Assembly (NCBI GenBank): GCA_951406725.2
Contig: OX597822.1
Coordinates: 41,912,001-41,976,000, forward strand
Reading direction: 5' to 3'
Length of the DNA: 64,000 nt
Source: Octopus vulgaris
Taxonomy: Eukaryota
In this document: in pieces, positions 52,740 through 64,000 of the stretch
How the letters are laid out: each line of letters starts with the position of its first letter
Position numbering within the stretch: position 1 is the first letter of the stretch
Made by a program: the position numbers and the translations under genes
The notes under the pieces: generated by a model
Databases searched by the model: none
The model's input: only the letters and a program-made list of their open reading frames with translations
What the model was told of the DNA's origin: nothing

Positions 52740-55026
52740 GACAGGCTTCTTTCAGTTTCCGTCTACCAAATCCATTCACAGGGCTTTGGTCGACCTGAGG
52801 CCATAGTAGAAGACACTTGCCCAAGGTGCCATGCAGTGGGACTGAACCCAGAACCATGTGGTTGGTAAGCAAGCTACGTATCACACAGCCACTCCTATAT
52901 GTATATATAGGTGGTAAGAAGTTTGATTCCCAACCACTTGGTTCCAGGTTCAATCTCACTGTGTGGCATCTTGTGCAAGTGAAGTCAGTTCTGCTATGGC
53001 CTCAGGTTGACCAAAGCCTTGAGTGGATTTGGTACACAAAAACTTTAAGAAGCCTGTTGTATGCATGTGTGTGTGTGTGTGTGTGTTTCTGTTCATCACC
53101 ATCACTTGCCAACCAGTGTTGGTGTGTTTACATCCCCATAACTTAGCAGTTCGGCAAAATACGCCATTAGAATAAGTACCAAGATTTAAAAATAGGTACT
53201 GGTATTGATTCGTTAGGCTAAAATTCTCCAAGGCAGTGCCCCAGTATGGCCACAGTCTAATGACAGAAACAAGTTAAAGAATACAAAAATATTCAGGTAC
53301 ACATCCCCATTTTTATTGTTGTATGTGTATTTAGTGGCGGTAGTGGTTATACACACATACGTAAATGTAGTTTACCATTTCAGTACATTTTCTATGAATA
53401 TATATATATATTTATACACATAATATTTTTCTTTTGTATGTTGGAAACATACACACGCACACACTAACTCAAATGGCAATCTACATGTAAATGGAGATTA
53501 CCATTTGCTATGTTCTCCAGACAGCCTGACTGTTGATTATAGTACACACACACACACAAAGCTATTAAATGTTCCTTTGACCTGTTTCCTGTCCTCCACC
53601 CCACTCACTACCACCATTTTATTTACACGCTATTTCCCTTCACCATTCCCACCCCAACCCTCCACCCTATTACAACAGGTTATGTAGCCCTACACCCTTG
53701 TGAATTGTATTATATAACCCTACATGTGTGTGTATGTATATGTATGTGTGTTTTAACTAAGAAGAGAAAAAGTACTCAATACCATAGAATATAACTGTTT
53801 AAACATGCTGATCTTGGTTAGCTTCAATACGCTATACATACATACATACATACATATATGCATGCATGCATACTTGACACACAGACATCATAATTTAATG
53901 CCCATGTTCCATGCTGGCATGAGCCAAATGGTTTGACAAGATCTGACAGGTTTGAAGACAGCATTGCCCTCCAGTGTCTCCTTCGGTCTGGTATTTATAG
54001 CTGGATGCCCTTCCTAATGCCAACCAGTTTACTGCATGCTCTACGGGGTTTTTTTTATAACACTATTTCCAGTGAGGTCACTGTACATCCTGCAAGACTG
54101 TGACCCTCTTTGATTGAGTGTCTACAGTAGAGAGGAAGGATTGTCTACAGTAGGGAGGAAGGTGGTTTTATGCTGTGGAATGAGGGATTCAAGTGAGAGG
54201 GAAGGTGCCAGAACAGAACAGGTTTTTTTGCATAAGGGAGCTACACAGCAACTCACATTATAAAAGAGAGAGAGAAGGAGTGCTGTCTTGGGACAGTCAC
54301 CATTATCTTTCTTTTTTCAAATTTGCTTTGAGAATGAAATGGAGTTTTCTTTGTGATGGTATCTGAAAGATGTCATATGTTGGTCTTGTCAGTTTTTAAA
54401 TTAGTTTTCTTTTACCAGTGTAACACACAGTTCTGTCTCTTATTTTTTCTTCAGTTGTAACAGCCAGATTCACAGTGTTTTTATGTTAACTTTTATTTCC
54501 TCTTTAATGTGTATTGTTTAAAAGGATTCTATGGTTATAAAACTGAACGATTTTTCCTACAGTTCAGAAAGTGGCTTTCATATTGCTCCTGTTGAATAAT
54601 TTACAAAGTTTACAATCTTTGTTATCATTTTTTAATACTCACTTTTCCATGCTTGCATGGGTCAGATAAATTTCATTGAAGCTGAGATTCTCTATGGTTA
54701 GATGTATTTCTTGTCACTCCAAGCAATATTTCTCCATGGCTTGACATGTTTTCATGTTCATTGAAAATGAAACCACCACTTGTCAGTTAGTGTTGCTCAC
54801 TTACAACTATTGATTGCTGTCAAAACAAAAAGACACACTGTCTAGACAACAAGCTTTTAGTTCCTGCATAGGGACTAAAATGAAAACCATGTGGTTTGAA
54901 TGCAAACTTTTTTTTACCATGCAGCCATGTATGTGCCTATATGTTTATATTTATTTATTATGTAATTATTATAATTATTAATTAATGAGTTGTATTTAAT
55001 TATCAATTACTGATTTCTATTTGCAG

Positions 55027-55063
55027 GATGGAGCAAGCATAGCAGATGAAAATGATCCGGAAG
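55027..55063 (+). CDS. ARHGAP21: Probable 37-nt microexon of the same ARHGAP21/23-like gene (acidic loop inside the PDZ domain)
   Basis: Branch-like tactgat plus ttctatttgcAG acceptor, donor AAG|GTAATT. Phase 0 in (matches the 4154 donor), phase 1 out. Reads DGASIADENDPE+G with no stop, resembling the acidic DEENGNRGG segment that follows PPES in vertebrate ARHGAP21. It lies in unique sequence. Confidence 0.68.
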
Positions 55064-56419
55064 GTAATTATTTTTACATACTGTAGACTCTTTCCATTTC
55101 ATTTTCTATCTTTCAACTATTGTGAAGTGCTAAAGATATAGGCTATGGGTTTGTCCACTGATACAAGATGTAGAAGGAAATGAAAAAGAAATCTCATCTG
55201 TAAAAAACAATTTTTGTGATAAAAAATGGATTGTGTTGCTACTGCTGTTTACTGCCAGTTCATCCCTGAGTGAACAGACCTATGATCAAAGACATTCTAC
55301 CCCTGACCATCTCGTCTTTTATTTAGACAAGTGCTTCTAAGACTACATTATCTCATATGTTCTTGATTTTTAAAACAGTGAAGTCTGATTCAATGGAGAT
55401 TAGACTACTATTTTTAGCACATTGAGGCACTTCTTTTGGCTCAGATTTAGTTCTGTAAATGTTTCAGGCACATATATGGTAGCATAATATTGATGAAAAG
55501 TTATAGAAAAGTAACCTCTTCTCCCTTTCCACCACTATTCAGGAAGATCCTGAAAACATTCATGGGGGCTGCCTTCCATCCTCTGGGTTAGACATTAAAC
55601 AAAAGCTCTGCCCTGATTGAGAAGTTGTGTGATCAAAGAGATTCCATCTATGACCACCCAACTTTTTGTTTATCTAGGACTATACTGGTCAATGTATCTT
55701 TCTTTTCTTGTAAGATGTGATTTGAGGGAGATATAGATTCTACTTCTCGAAGGTCAAGTGAATGCTTAGAGTTGTCACAACAGGTTGCTAAAATTGTCAC
55801 AACTGGTCACTGGACATGTCACAAGTCACTACATATGCCACAACAGATCACTGGATGTATCACAAGTCACTACATGTGTTACAGTTGAATGCAGCATGTG
55901 ACACAATCAAATGCCTCATGTGTCATAATAGAACACCTCATGTGTCTCAATATAATGCTACATGTGTCATAACAGCAGATCAGTACATGTATCAAATCAG
56001 AACTAGTTACGCCATAACATTATCCACACTTTCTGGAAATCTTCTTTAATTAATTAATTTGTCACAAAACCAAGTCAATTAGTATCAGCTTTGAAATAAA
56101 GAAAAGAATTTAAATTCTGCTGTAATCCGTTAAAAGTTTAACTCCTTCAACATCTGACTTGACTAAACAATGTAATCCATTATTTGCTGGAAGCGAGACA
56201 CCTATTTCTGGTGAATGTTGTTGTTGTTATTTAGGTTCCAATAATGCGCCACTCATTACTGGGTCTGTTTATCTCATTAACATAAAGATATTCCAACCAA
56301 CTCTGTTGAGACTGCTGTATGAAGTAATCCTTTCTTTACTGAAATTATTTATTTAGGTTCACGTTTACCCACAGATGTACAACGAGTACCATAAACTATA
56401 CACAGGGGTACTACAAACG

Positions 56420-56965
56420 ATGGCGTAAATATGTCACCAGCAATATATATATATAAGGATACCAAAGACAGTGGCACAAGTGTGCCACCAGCAATACACA
56501 GAGGTGTCACAAATGATGACACAAGTGTGTACCACCAACAATACATAAAGGTGCCAAAAATGATGGCACAGGTGTGTCACCAGTAACACACAGGTGTCCC
56601 ACAAGCAGTGACACAGAGATCCCACAAATAAGTGTGTACCACCAACAATACATAGAGGTTCCACAAACACTTGCACAAGTGTTCCACTAACAATACATAA
56701 AGGTGCCACAAACACTTGCACAAGTGTTCCACTAACAATACATAAAGGTGCCACAAATGATGGTATGAGTGTGCCACCAGTTTTACACAGGGCCCCACAA
56801 GCAGTGACACAGAGGTGATACAAATGATGACACAACTATGTGCCACCAACAATTCACAGAGGCATCACAATCACACAAGTGTACCACCAGTAATACACAA
56901 GGGCCCTGTGAGCAGTGGCACAAGTGTGCCAACTGCAATATACAGGATGGCACAAGGGTGCCACC
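56420..56965. repeat. Degenerate minisatellite, unit about 45 bp
   Basis: About 12 units of cacaagtgtgccaccagcaatacacagaggtgtcacaaatgatga and variants. Confidence 0.9.
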
Positions 56966-57228
56966 TGAGGTTGAATAACAACATTATATTTCCTGCTTCT
57001 ATTCAGAATGTTTAAAACTGTCACAAGAAAGTTTTCAAATCCGTATTCTTGATATAAAAGATGGAAGAAGAAGGAGATAAACAAATCTATATATAGTGTG
57101 GGAAATATTTTCATTGGAAGGAAAAAGTGTAGATGTTATTATTAACTTTATTACTTTACTGTGAAATGTATGTATTGTATGTAAAGTTATAAATAACGTT
57201 TGGTCACAGTTTAACCATTGTCACAGCA

Positions 57229-57567
57229 TAACCCTTTGAACATGGAAAGCAGATATATCTGCTCAAAATTATATTACTGTTAATGTGAAATGAGATTTTG
57301 TCAGAAGGCTTTGAAAAAAAACATCTCCTTATGATGCAAGAAGCAGAGACACTCCTTGGTGATACTTTTTTTAGAAAAGATAATTTTTCAGATTTTCTTA
57401 ATTTTTTTCACATATTTCATCAAATACTTCTTCATGAAGAAAGATATGAAAACTGCACCTACAGGAAATACTGAAAGGGCATTGTAGAAAATATCAATCC
57501 TTTTACTTTTTGGGTTTTTTAAATTTTTCTTTGTGAATAATTAACATCATTACAGTCAAAGGGTTAA
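57229..57567. mobile_element. piggyBac-like MITE
   Basis: taaccctttga .. tcaaagggttaa inverted ends. Confidence 0.65.
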
Positions 57568-58299
57568 AAGTTGATGTAATAAATTAATAATTTGCAGTTG
57601 ATTAAAGGAAGAAGCAGCACCAATATAAGTGAGATGGTTTTTGTAAGATATACCATATTTGCTGGCATACAAGTTAATGTAGTAAATAGTGTAAACATGT
57701 GTTAACATTCAAACATTGCCATGACCTTTCCAAATCATGCTGCATTTAACATGGAGCTTTTGGCCCCTCAAAGTCATCTTGGTGTATAAATCAACCTATA
57801 TTTTATTGGATGTAAAATTTTGGCCTGAAATATTTGATCTGTATGTTGGAAGATAGAATAGAAATATGACTAAGCCCAGGTAAATTCACACTGATTAATA
57901 TATTTTGTTTAACACTTATTCAGTCATGCTTTTACTGGCCTATGATTAGACATTCCAATCATGAGCATTACATCATTTATTACAGACATAGTGTATCTCA
58001 GACTACACTAACCAATGTGTCTTTTTTAATACAATAGAGATTTAAGTGACCATGTCATGGTTACTATACCAATAATGACAATGAAAAATTCTGTAAGGGT
58101 GACTTAGTTATCTCCCCCACCTCTTCTGACAAAATATTTTCATTAACACTAATGACTTCTGCTTATAAATATTCAATAATGTTTGAAATTCCAGGAAAAA
58201 GTCTACATGTTTTCTAGTACCACAATTGATTAATAAAACCCTGTTAGATAATCTACTTAATTTTGGTCAGGCTCATACCCAGCCCTTTAAAGATAATTT

Positions 58300-58815
58300 A
58301 CTTTACTTTAGCCAGGCCCACACCCAGGCCTCAAAAACAAAGCCATTTCACCAAGCATCTCGATATATCATCAGCACCTTCAGTTCATTGATAGTATTCA
58401 ATCCTCTGCTAGTACCATTCTATGGATCCCAGAATAAAAGTTTTTATGCTTGTTCTTCTTGGTACTGCATGCAATGACTTGGTATGCAGAGACATCATTC
58501 TCTGATCTTGTTGATCACTTTTGGAAGGCTTCCATAGAGATGCACATCGGTCATGTTCTGCCATTTTCATCCAGGGTCATTTGTAGTATCCTTATGTAGT
58601 AGCCATCTAACCACTTTGCTTGTTTGGTAAGTGTCCATGTTTTGCTGCCATACAGGAGTGCTAACTCAACAGTGGCAAGGAGCTGTCTTGACTACCATAC
58701 TCTTTTGAGTTTGTGACACAATGTCAAAGCTTATGCTTTTCTGACTTTGATGTCAACATCGGAGCTGTTTGCCCAACTACCAAGATATCTGAAATTCTCA
58801 ACTACATTCAATTTT
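58300..58815 (-). mobile_element. Degenerate RTE-like LINE fragment (post-RT region)
   Basis: Minus strand gives ENFRYLGSWANSSDVDIKVRKA and ATVELALLYGSKTWTLTK, matching the F.YLGS and LLYG.E.WTL motifs. Stops and frameshifts are present. Confidence 0.8.
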
Positions 58816-61043
58816 GATCCATTCATTGTTCAGAGATCGAGATCTTTGTTTTGGTTGAAGGATATGTACACCATTTTCTTCTAGCTTCACATCTGTTTGT
58901 CCTTGTCCTGGACTATGCAATGTGCCAAGTAACAGGCAATGAAGCTTGGGATTCGCTACTGACCGACACAGATCATGCCAAGTACCAATTGTCATCATCA
59001 TTGACCTTGACTTCCTTGATGATACAGCACTCATTGTCAACACAATAGAGCAAGGGCAAAAGTTACTCAATAATGTAGAGACCTCAGCAAGTAAAATATA
59101 AAGGTAATTTATGGAATATGGGAGTATTTTTATTTTTGTTGTTAGGGGAAGTGAAGGTGATGTCGAGGTTAATTAAAGTAAGAAATAGGTGTGGTGGGGA
59201 AGAAAACCAATCTGATGTGGTTCTTTGGTTTGTTATTCCAACTTATGACCAGGAAATAAACAAAACGATTACTACTATTTCTAATAATATTGATGTGTTG
59301 TGGAGCTAGAGGTTGAGGTGTCATAGAGGCTATAGGCTGAAGGTTGAAGTTTGCAGTGGTGTGGAGGCTAGAGGCTGTGATGTCATGACAGCTGGAGACT
59401 GGAGATTCTGCTGCTGTGGGGGCTGTAGTCTTTCTTATAAACTCAGTAAATTTTGTACTAAGCCTTGAGAAAAATGGAAATGTTTCAACTGTTAGTTCAT
59501 TGAAACATGTATTTCACTTAGACACTAACAACAGCAACAGCACAACTATCACACCACAGTGCTGCCACTGCATCTCTCCACCACCACAGTACCCCTACCA
59601 CCACTACATCTCACTCACCATTGATTTCAAAACCCATTATTTTCCAGTACATATTTTCTGTTGAATTATTTTGAGAATGTCTATCTGTCTACATGTATGT
59701 AACTCTGTTTGTCTGTGTACATGTATAACATGTAGGTGACTACATCTGTCTGTGTATACATGTACAACTATGCTTCCCTGAACAACTTGTATAGGTGTCT
59801 ATATATGTCACTCTGTGTACATGAATATCTGTATGTATGTATGTATGTGTGTGTTTGTGTGTTTGTCAACATATGTTTCTGTATGTATGCATATATATAT
59901 GCCTGTCTACATTAATGTGTGTGGAAGGGGAGAAGAATGAGGATGCCTATAGAGGTGGGGGTGTAGAATTGGTGGGTATCTATGGTAGATTGTTTGATTA
60001 GACTGTGTATATGAAATGTAACATGTGGTATGTGTATATATTGCAAGGTTTATGTATATAATATGTGGTTTGCGCACATATAAAGCCTGATGTGTGTGTG
60101 TGTGTGTGTGTGTGTTTGTGTGTGTTTGCATAAAATATGGTATATGTATGAAGTGCAGTTTGTGTGTATAAAAAGCATGGTGTGCATGTCTGTTAAGTGT
60201 TGTCTGTGTATATATATTTACATATGCAGTGGTGTGTGTGTGTGTGTGTATTTATGGTATGTTCCATTTGCAGGAAGTTGAAATGTTTCAGATAAGTCTG
60301 GTTGATGGTGCAGGAAGAGGTGGTGGTGGTGGGGCACTGATGTTGTTGTGTGATGGTGGTGGTGGTGGTGGTGGTGGTGGTATACAGATGCTGTGATGGC
60401 AACGATTGACTTACACAACTCTACTGAAGAAAATTACATCCTGTCATCTGGAAGTGGGACAACAGATATAATAGGGCAATGATGATGATGGTGGTGGTGG
60501 TGGTGGCAGTGGTAGTAGAAAAATAAATTGTAATAATAATGATAATAACAACAACGATAATAATGACGATAATCTGAGTTATAAGGTTAATTGCAAAGCT
60601 AAGGTAAGTGATGATGATGATGATGATGCTAATAACAGTAATGCTGCTGATGATGATAATGATGGTTGAGTGTGGAAAGGCCATCTCTCCTGAAATCGTC
60701 AACAATTGTGGTAGTGGTGGTAGTGGTGGTGATGGTAATAGTCCTACCATGGAACATTTTGTGACAACTTACAGCCATGATTGGTTAAGCCCTGCCCTAG
60801 ACACTGGATTGTTGTCCATGTGATAGTGACACACAGACGCTGTTCAAATAATGATTATGGGGATGATGTTCTTAATAAAAAACATAACACTAATTTTTTT
60901 TTTCTTTAATTAAACATAAAATCAGTTTGAGCACATCATAACATTTGTTTTCTTGAGCCAATGTGGTCTCTCAGCTTTCTAGAAGTAGCAGCCAAATCTC
61001 TCTCAAATCACACTTCACCATGTTAAAAACACATTGCATAATG

Positions 61044-61566
61044 TACCATATTTTCAAGCATACAAGTTGACATATTGTGTATAAGTTGAGGCAATCTATA
61101 CTCATCATGTAAGTCAACCTGCCTTTTCCGGTCACAAGCTTTTATTGAGAAAGTTGGGACATCATCAGGGCTGGAATGAATCTGATCACCAGAGCATACA
61201 CAGAGAACAGAGGGAAATGGAAGATTTCACCACAGGATGAATAAGTCAAAATAAATAAGTTTTCACTTGAAATTATGTTTAATTATTTCAAATTTGATTT
61301 TTAACATTTACCTTTATGTTTCTAATTGCACTTCAATATAAACACTAAGTAAGTATAAAGAGGATTAACAGGTAACTAGAATTTTTGTTACATGCCATTA
61401 CGGCAGGCCTGAAGTGTAAACATTCAATCCTTTCCAAATCCTGCTGCATTTCATATGGAATTTTTGGTCCTCCAAAGTTGTCTTGGTGTATAAGTCGGCC
61501 TACTTTTTTTTTTTAACTATAAATCTTGGTCTGAAAAATATTCAACTTGTATGCTGGAAAATGCAG
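61044..61566. mobile_element. Tc1/mariner (Tc2/pogo-like) MITE
   Basis: TA-ccatattttcaagcatacaagttga / tcaacttgtatgctggaaaatgcag. A shorter deletion derivative lies at about 57650-57857. Confidence 0.7.
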
Positions 61567-64000
61567 TTGTCTTAGATATAAAAAAAAAGCCAATTAATAA
61601 TAAGATTGTCATAGCAAGAATGTCTTGTTAGTTGTGTCAAATGTTGATGTCAAACAAGAGTGGCATGACTGGAAGTTCTTGCTATGGCCTGACTCTCAGT
61701 CAGTTACGACAATGAGGGTTCCAGTTGATTCGGCCAACAGAGCAGCCTGCTTGTGAAATTAATGTGCAAGTGGCTGAGCTCTCCACAGACATATAGTTCT
61801 CAGAGAGATACACTGTGACAAGATTGGCCCTTTGAAATACAGGTACAACTCATTTTTACTAGCTGAGTGAACAGGAGCAATGTGAAATAAAGTGTCTTGC
61901 TCAAGGAATCAACACCCTGTCAGAAATCGAACTCATGACTTTATGATCATGAGCCAAATACCTTAACTACTAACCCAGGTGCATTAGTTCTTACTAAGTT
62001 TGTCACCGTTTATCTAAAACAGCAACATCAATTTTCTCTGGTTCTGTTAAGACAATATTTCTTTTGTTGTAACTGGTCCCTATCACTGTTTCTGTCACAT
62101 CTCCATCACACAGTGGGCACATACCTAATATAAACATTTATTTCAAGGTTTAATTGGCTTTTCCTATCTACCTGCTTCTCTGCTTGCTTATCTTCTGTAT
62201 TCCCCCAATTAGATACCCACCCCCATCCTGACATAGTCATCTCTCTCCTTACTACATAAACCAATACTCCAATCTTTCTCAATCACCATGTTCTATGTCC
62301 ATCAGTCTTTCAACAACAACACGTATATTCAGATAATATCCACCCCCCAACCTGTTACTGATTTCATCATCATCATCATCGTTTAACGTCCACTTTTCAT
62401 GCTAGCATGGGTTGGACGATTTGGCTGAGGACTGGCGAACCAGATCGCTTCACCAGGCTCCAATCTTGATCCTTCTGTTTACAATATAGACTAACAGGCA
62501 TGTAATTATTGCCTCATCTTCACACAGCAACAAAGCATACTAGCAATGACAACAGATATTTACCTAAAATTCCATCGAACAATCTTAAAACACCAAACAC
62601 CCATTACCTCCTCCCTCTGTTATCTAAACTGATACAGCTCTACTATTTCCCATACATCCAACATCTTCAGTAGTGGTAACAGCTGTGGTTAGTGTGTGGG
62701 TACACATGTGTCACTTGCATAAAAATGGTGGTAGTTATGATGCTGACGGCAATATAGGTCAGTGATATAACTGGTGGTGGTGGCAGTGGTGGTTTATTAG
62801 GATTATGTATTGCTAAATGTTACCCCATCCGCTCCACCAGACATTTTTAAACTTCTGATGTGATAACAATAAATATATCACACATGTTTCTACTTTTGGG
62901 AAGACAGTTTCTTCCCACAAAGTGTTCTCTCTTTTCCACAGAACATATTCATCAGGGTTAGTCTTGTCAGCAGTGTCTCTCGAGTTTCTTGCTAGTTTCC
63001 AAGATCAACCATTAAATAGTCTTGTATACTTTGAGATTCTTCAGACGATACTTTGGCAAGTCTGTTTCACTGAGAAGGTTGCAATAACACTGGAACATGC
63101 TCAGAGTTGTCACCCATATTTTCTGAAATAATTAAAATATATTAGTCAAGACTGATATTGATTATTTCTACAGAGCTTTCTGATGCTCTATATATTAAAT
63201 ACATTGAGTTATTTAATCATTTTTCTACAAATGTTAGTGCCTCCCCATCCAATAAGATTAAGGTCAACAGTATTACAAATAACTGATACTGTTATAACTC
63301 TACGAGGGAGCTTCTACATGGATGCTTGACCTGTTAGAAATAGCACCCAAATTGCCCTCAAATGAGACCCTTCAATCTTATATGATGTTACACTACAGAA
63401 TCTATAGATTTTAACCCATGTTGCATGTATAAAGATGATGAAAATACCTTGCCTTTATATAAAATAGGTTTGTGGACAGGAAATGTGGGTTTAGCTGCTG
63501 GACCACTTTCAGTCCTGTGTTGAGCTGTCACCAGTGACTGAGTTCTTATTTTAATTATCCATAGATACTTTAAGAGGACAGTTAAAATGGATTGCTTGCC
63601 CCTGGTGAAATCCCACCACAGGACTGAAACAAAACTCTAATAATTTATTAATCTATTAATGCACCAGTAATTCATTAATCTCATATGACATTTAATAAAT
63701 GTAAGTGAAGATTTTTGTAAAAATCTGGGATGGTCATGGCTTGAATACTTTTGATCATAGGTCTGCTTGATAAACACTGACCTGGGGCTCAACAGCAACA
63801 ATCATCACCACCATTACAAACTACATTAATATCACCATCATTACTACCACGAACCACCATCCTTATTAATACCACCACTCTCGCCTGACTGGGATGCCTT
63901 TTTACGTAGTTCTGTGTGCTCTATTATGGTAAGCCTAGGGCTAAACAACAACAACCACCATCATCACTATTAGTCTCAACCAACACTACTACTACTACCA

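Larger units (their letters stand above)
4155..55026 (+). other. About 50.9-kb intron (GT..AG) of the ARHGAP21/23-like gene, filled with repeats
   Basis: Bounded by the donor and acceptor above. No other convincing coding exon was seen between them. Confidence 0.62.

Noticed and set aside
56420-56965. CRISPR-like array
   Set aside because: Eukaryotic context, head-to-tail degenerate units with no unique spacers, and no cas genes.

Overview
This is AT-rich, microsatellite-dense animal genomic DNA. The SINE repertoire and the (TA)n/(CA)n/(CAT)n density suggest an octopus (coleoid cephalopod), which is an inference. Almost the whole window is intronic sequence of one + strand gene, an ARHGAP21/ARHGAP23-like PDZ-RhoGAP. 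It has a clear 177-nt PDZ exon (3978-4154) and a probable 37-nt microexon (55027-55063) about 50.9 kb downstream. The other ORFs in the track are simple-repeat or transposon artefacts. The intron is filled with tRNA-derived SINEs, LINE relics (RTE, CR1/L2) and MITEs (hAT-, piggyBac- and Tc2-like, plus long fold-backs). The most notable signal is a set of short non-coding elements, mostly inserted in (TA)n tracts and often fold-back in structure, that carry minimal type-I hammerhead ribozyme motifs. Three motifs have intact cores (2409-2469 -, 10294-10352 +, 51877-51911 +) and several are decayed. One decayed motif sits directly behind a tRNA-like Pol III head (a SINE-hammerhead chimera). In two fold-backs the inversion junction appears to fall at the ribozyme stem III, next to the cleavage site. 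All structures were read by eye; no folding or database searches were run.
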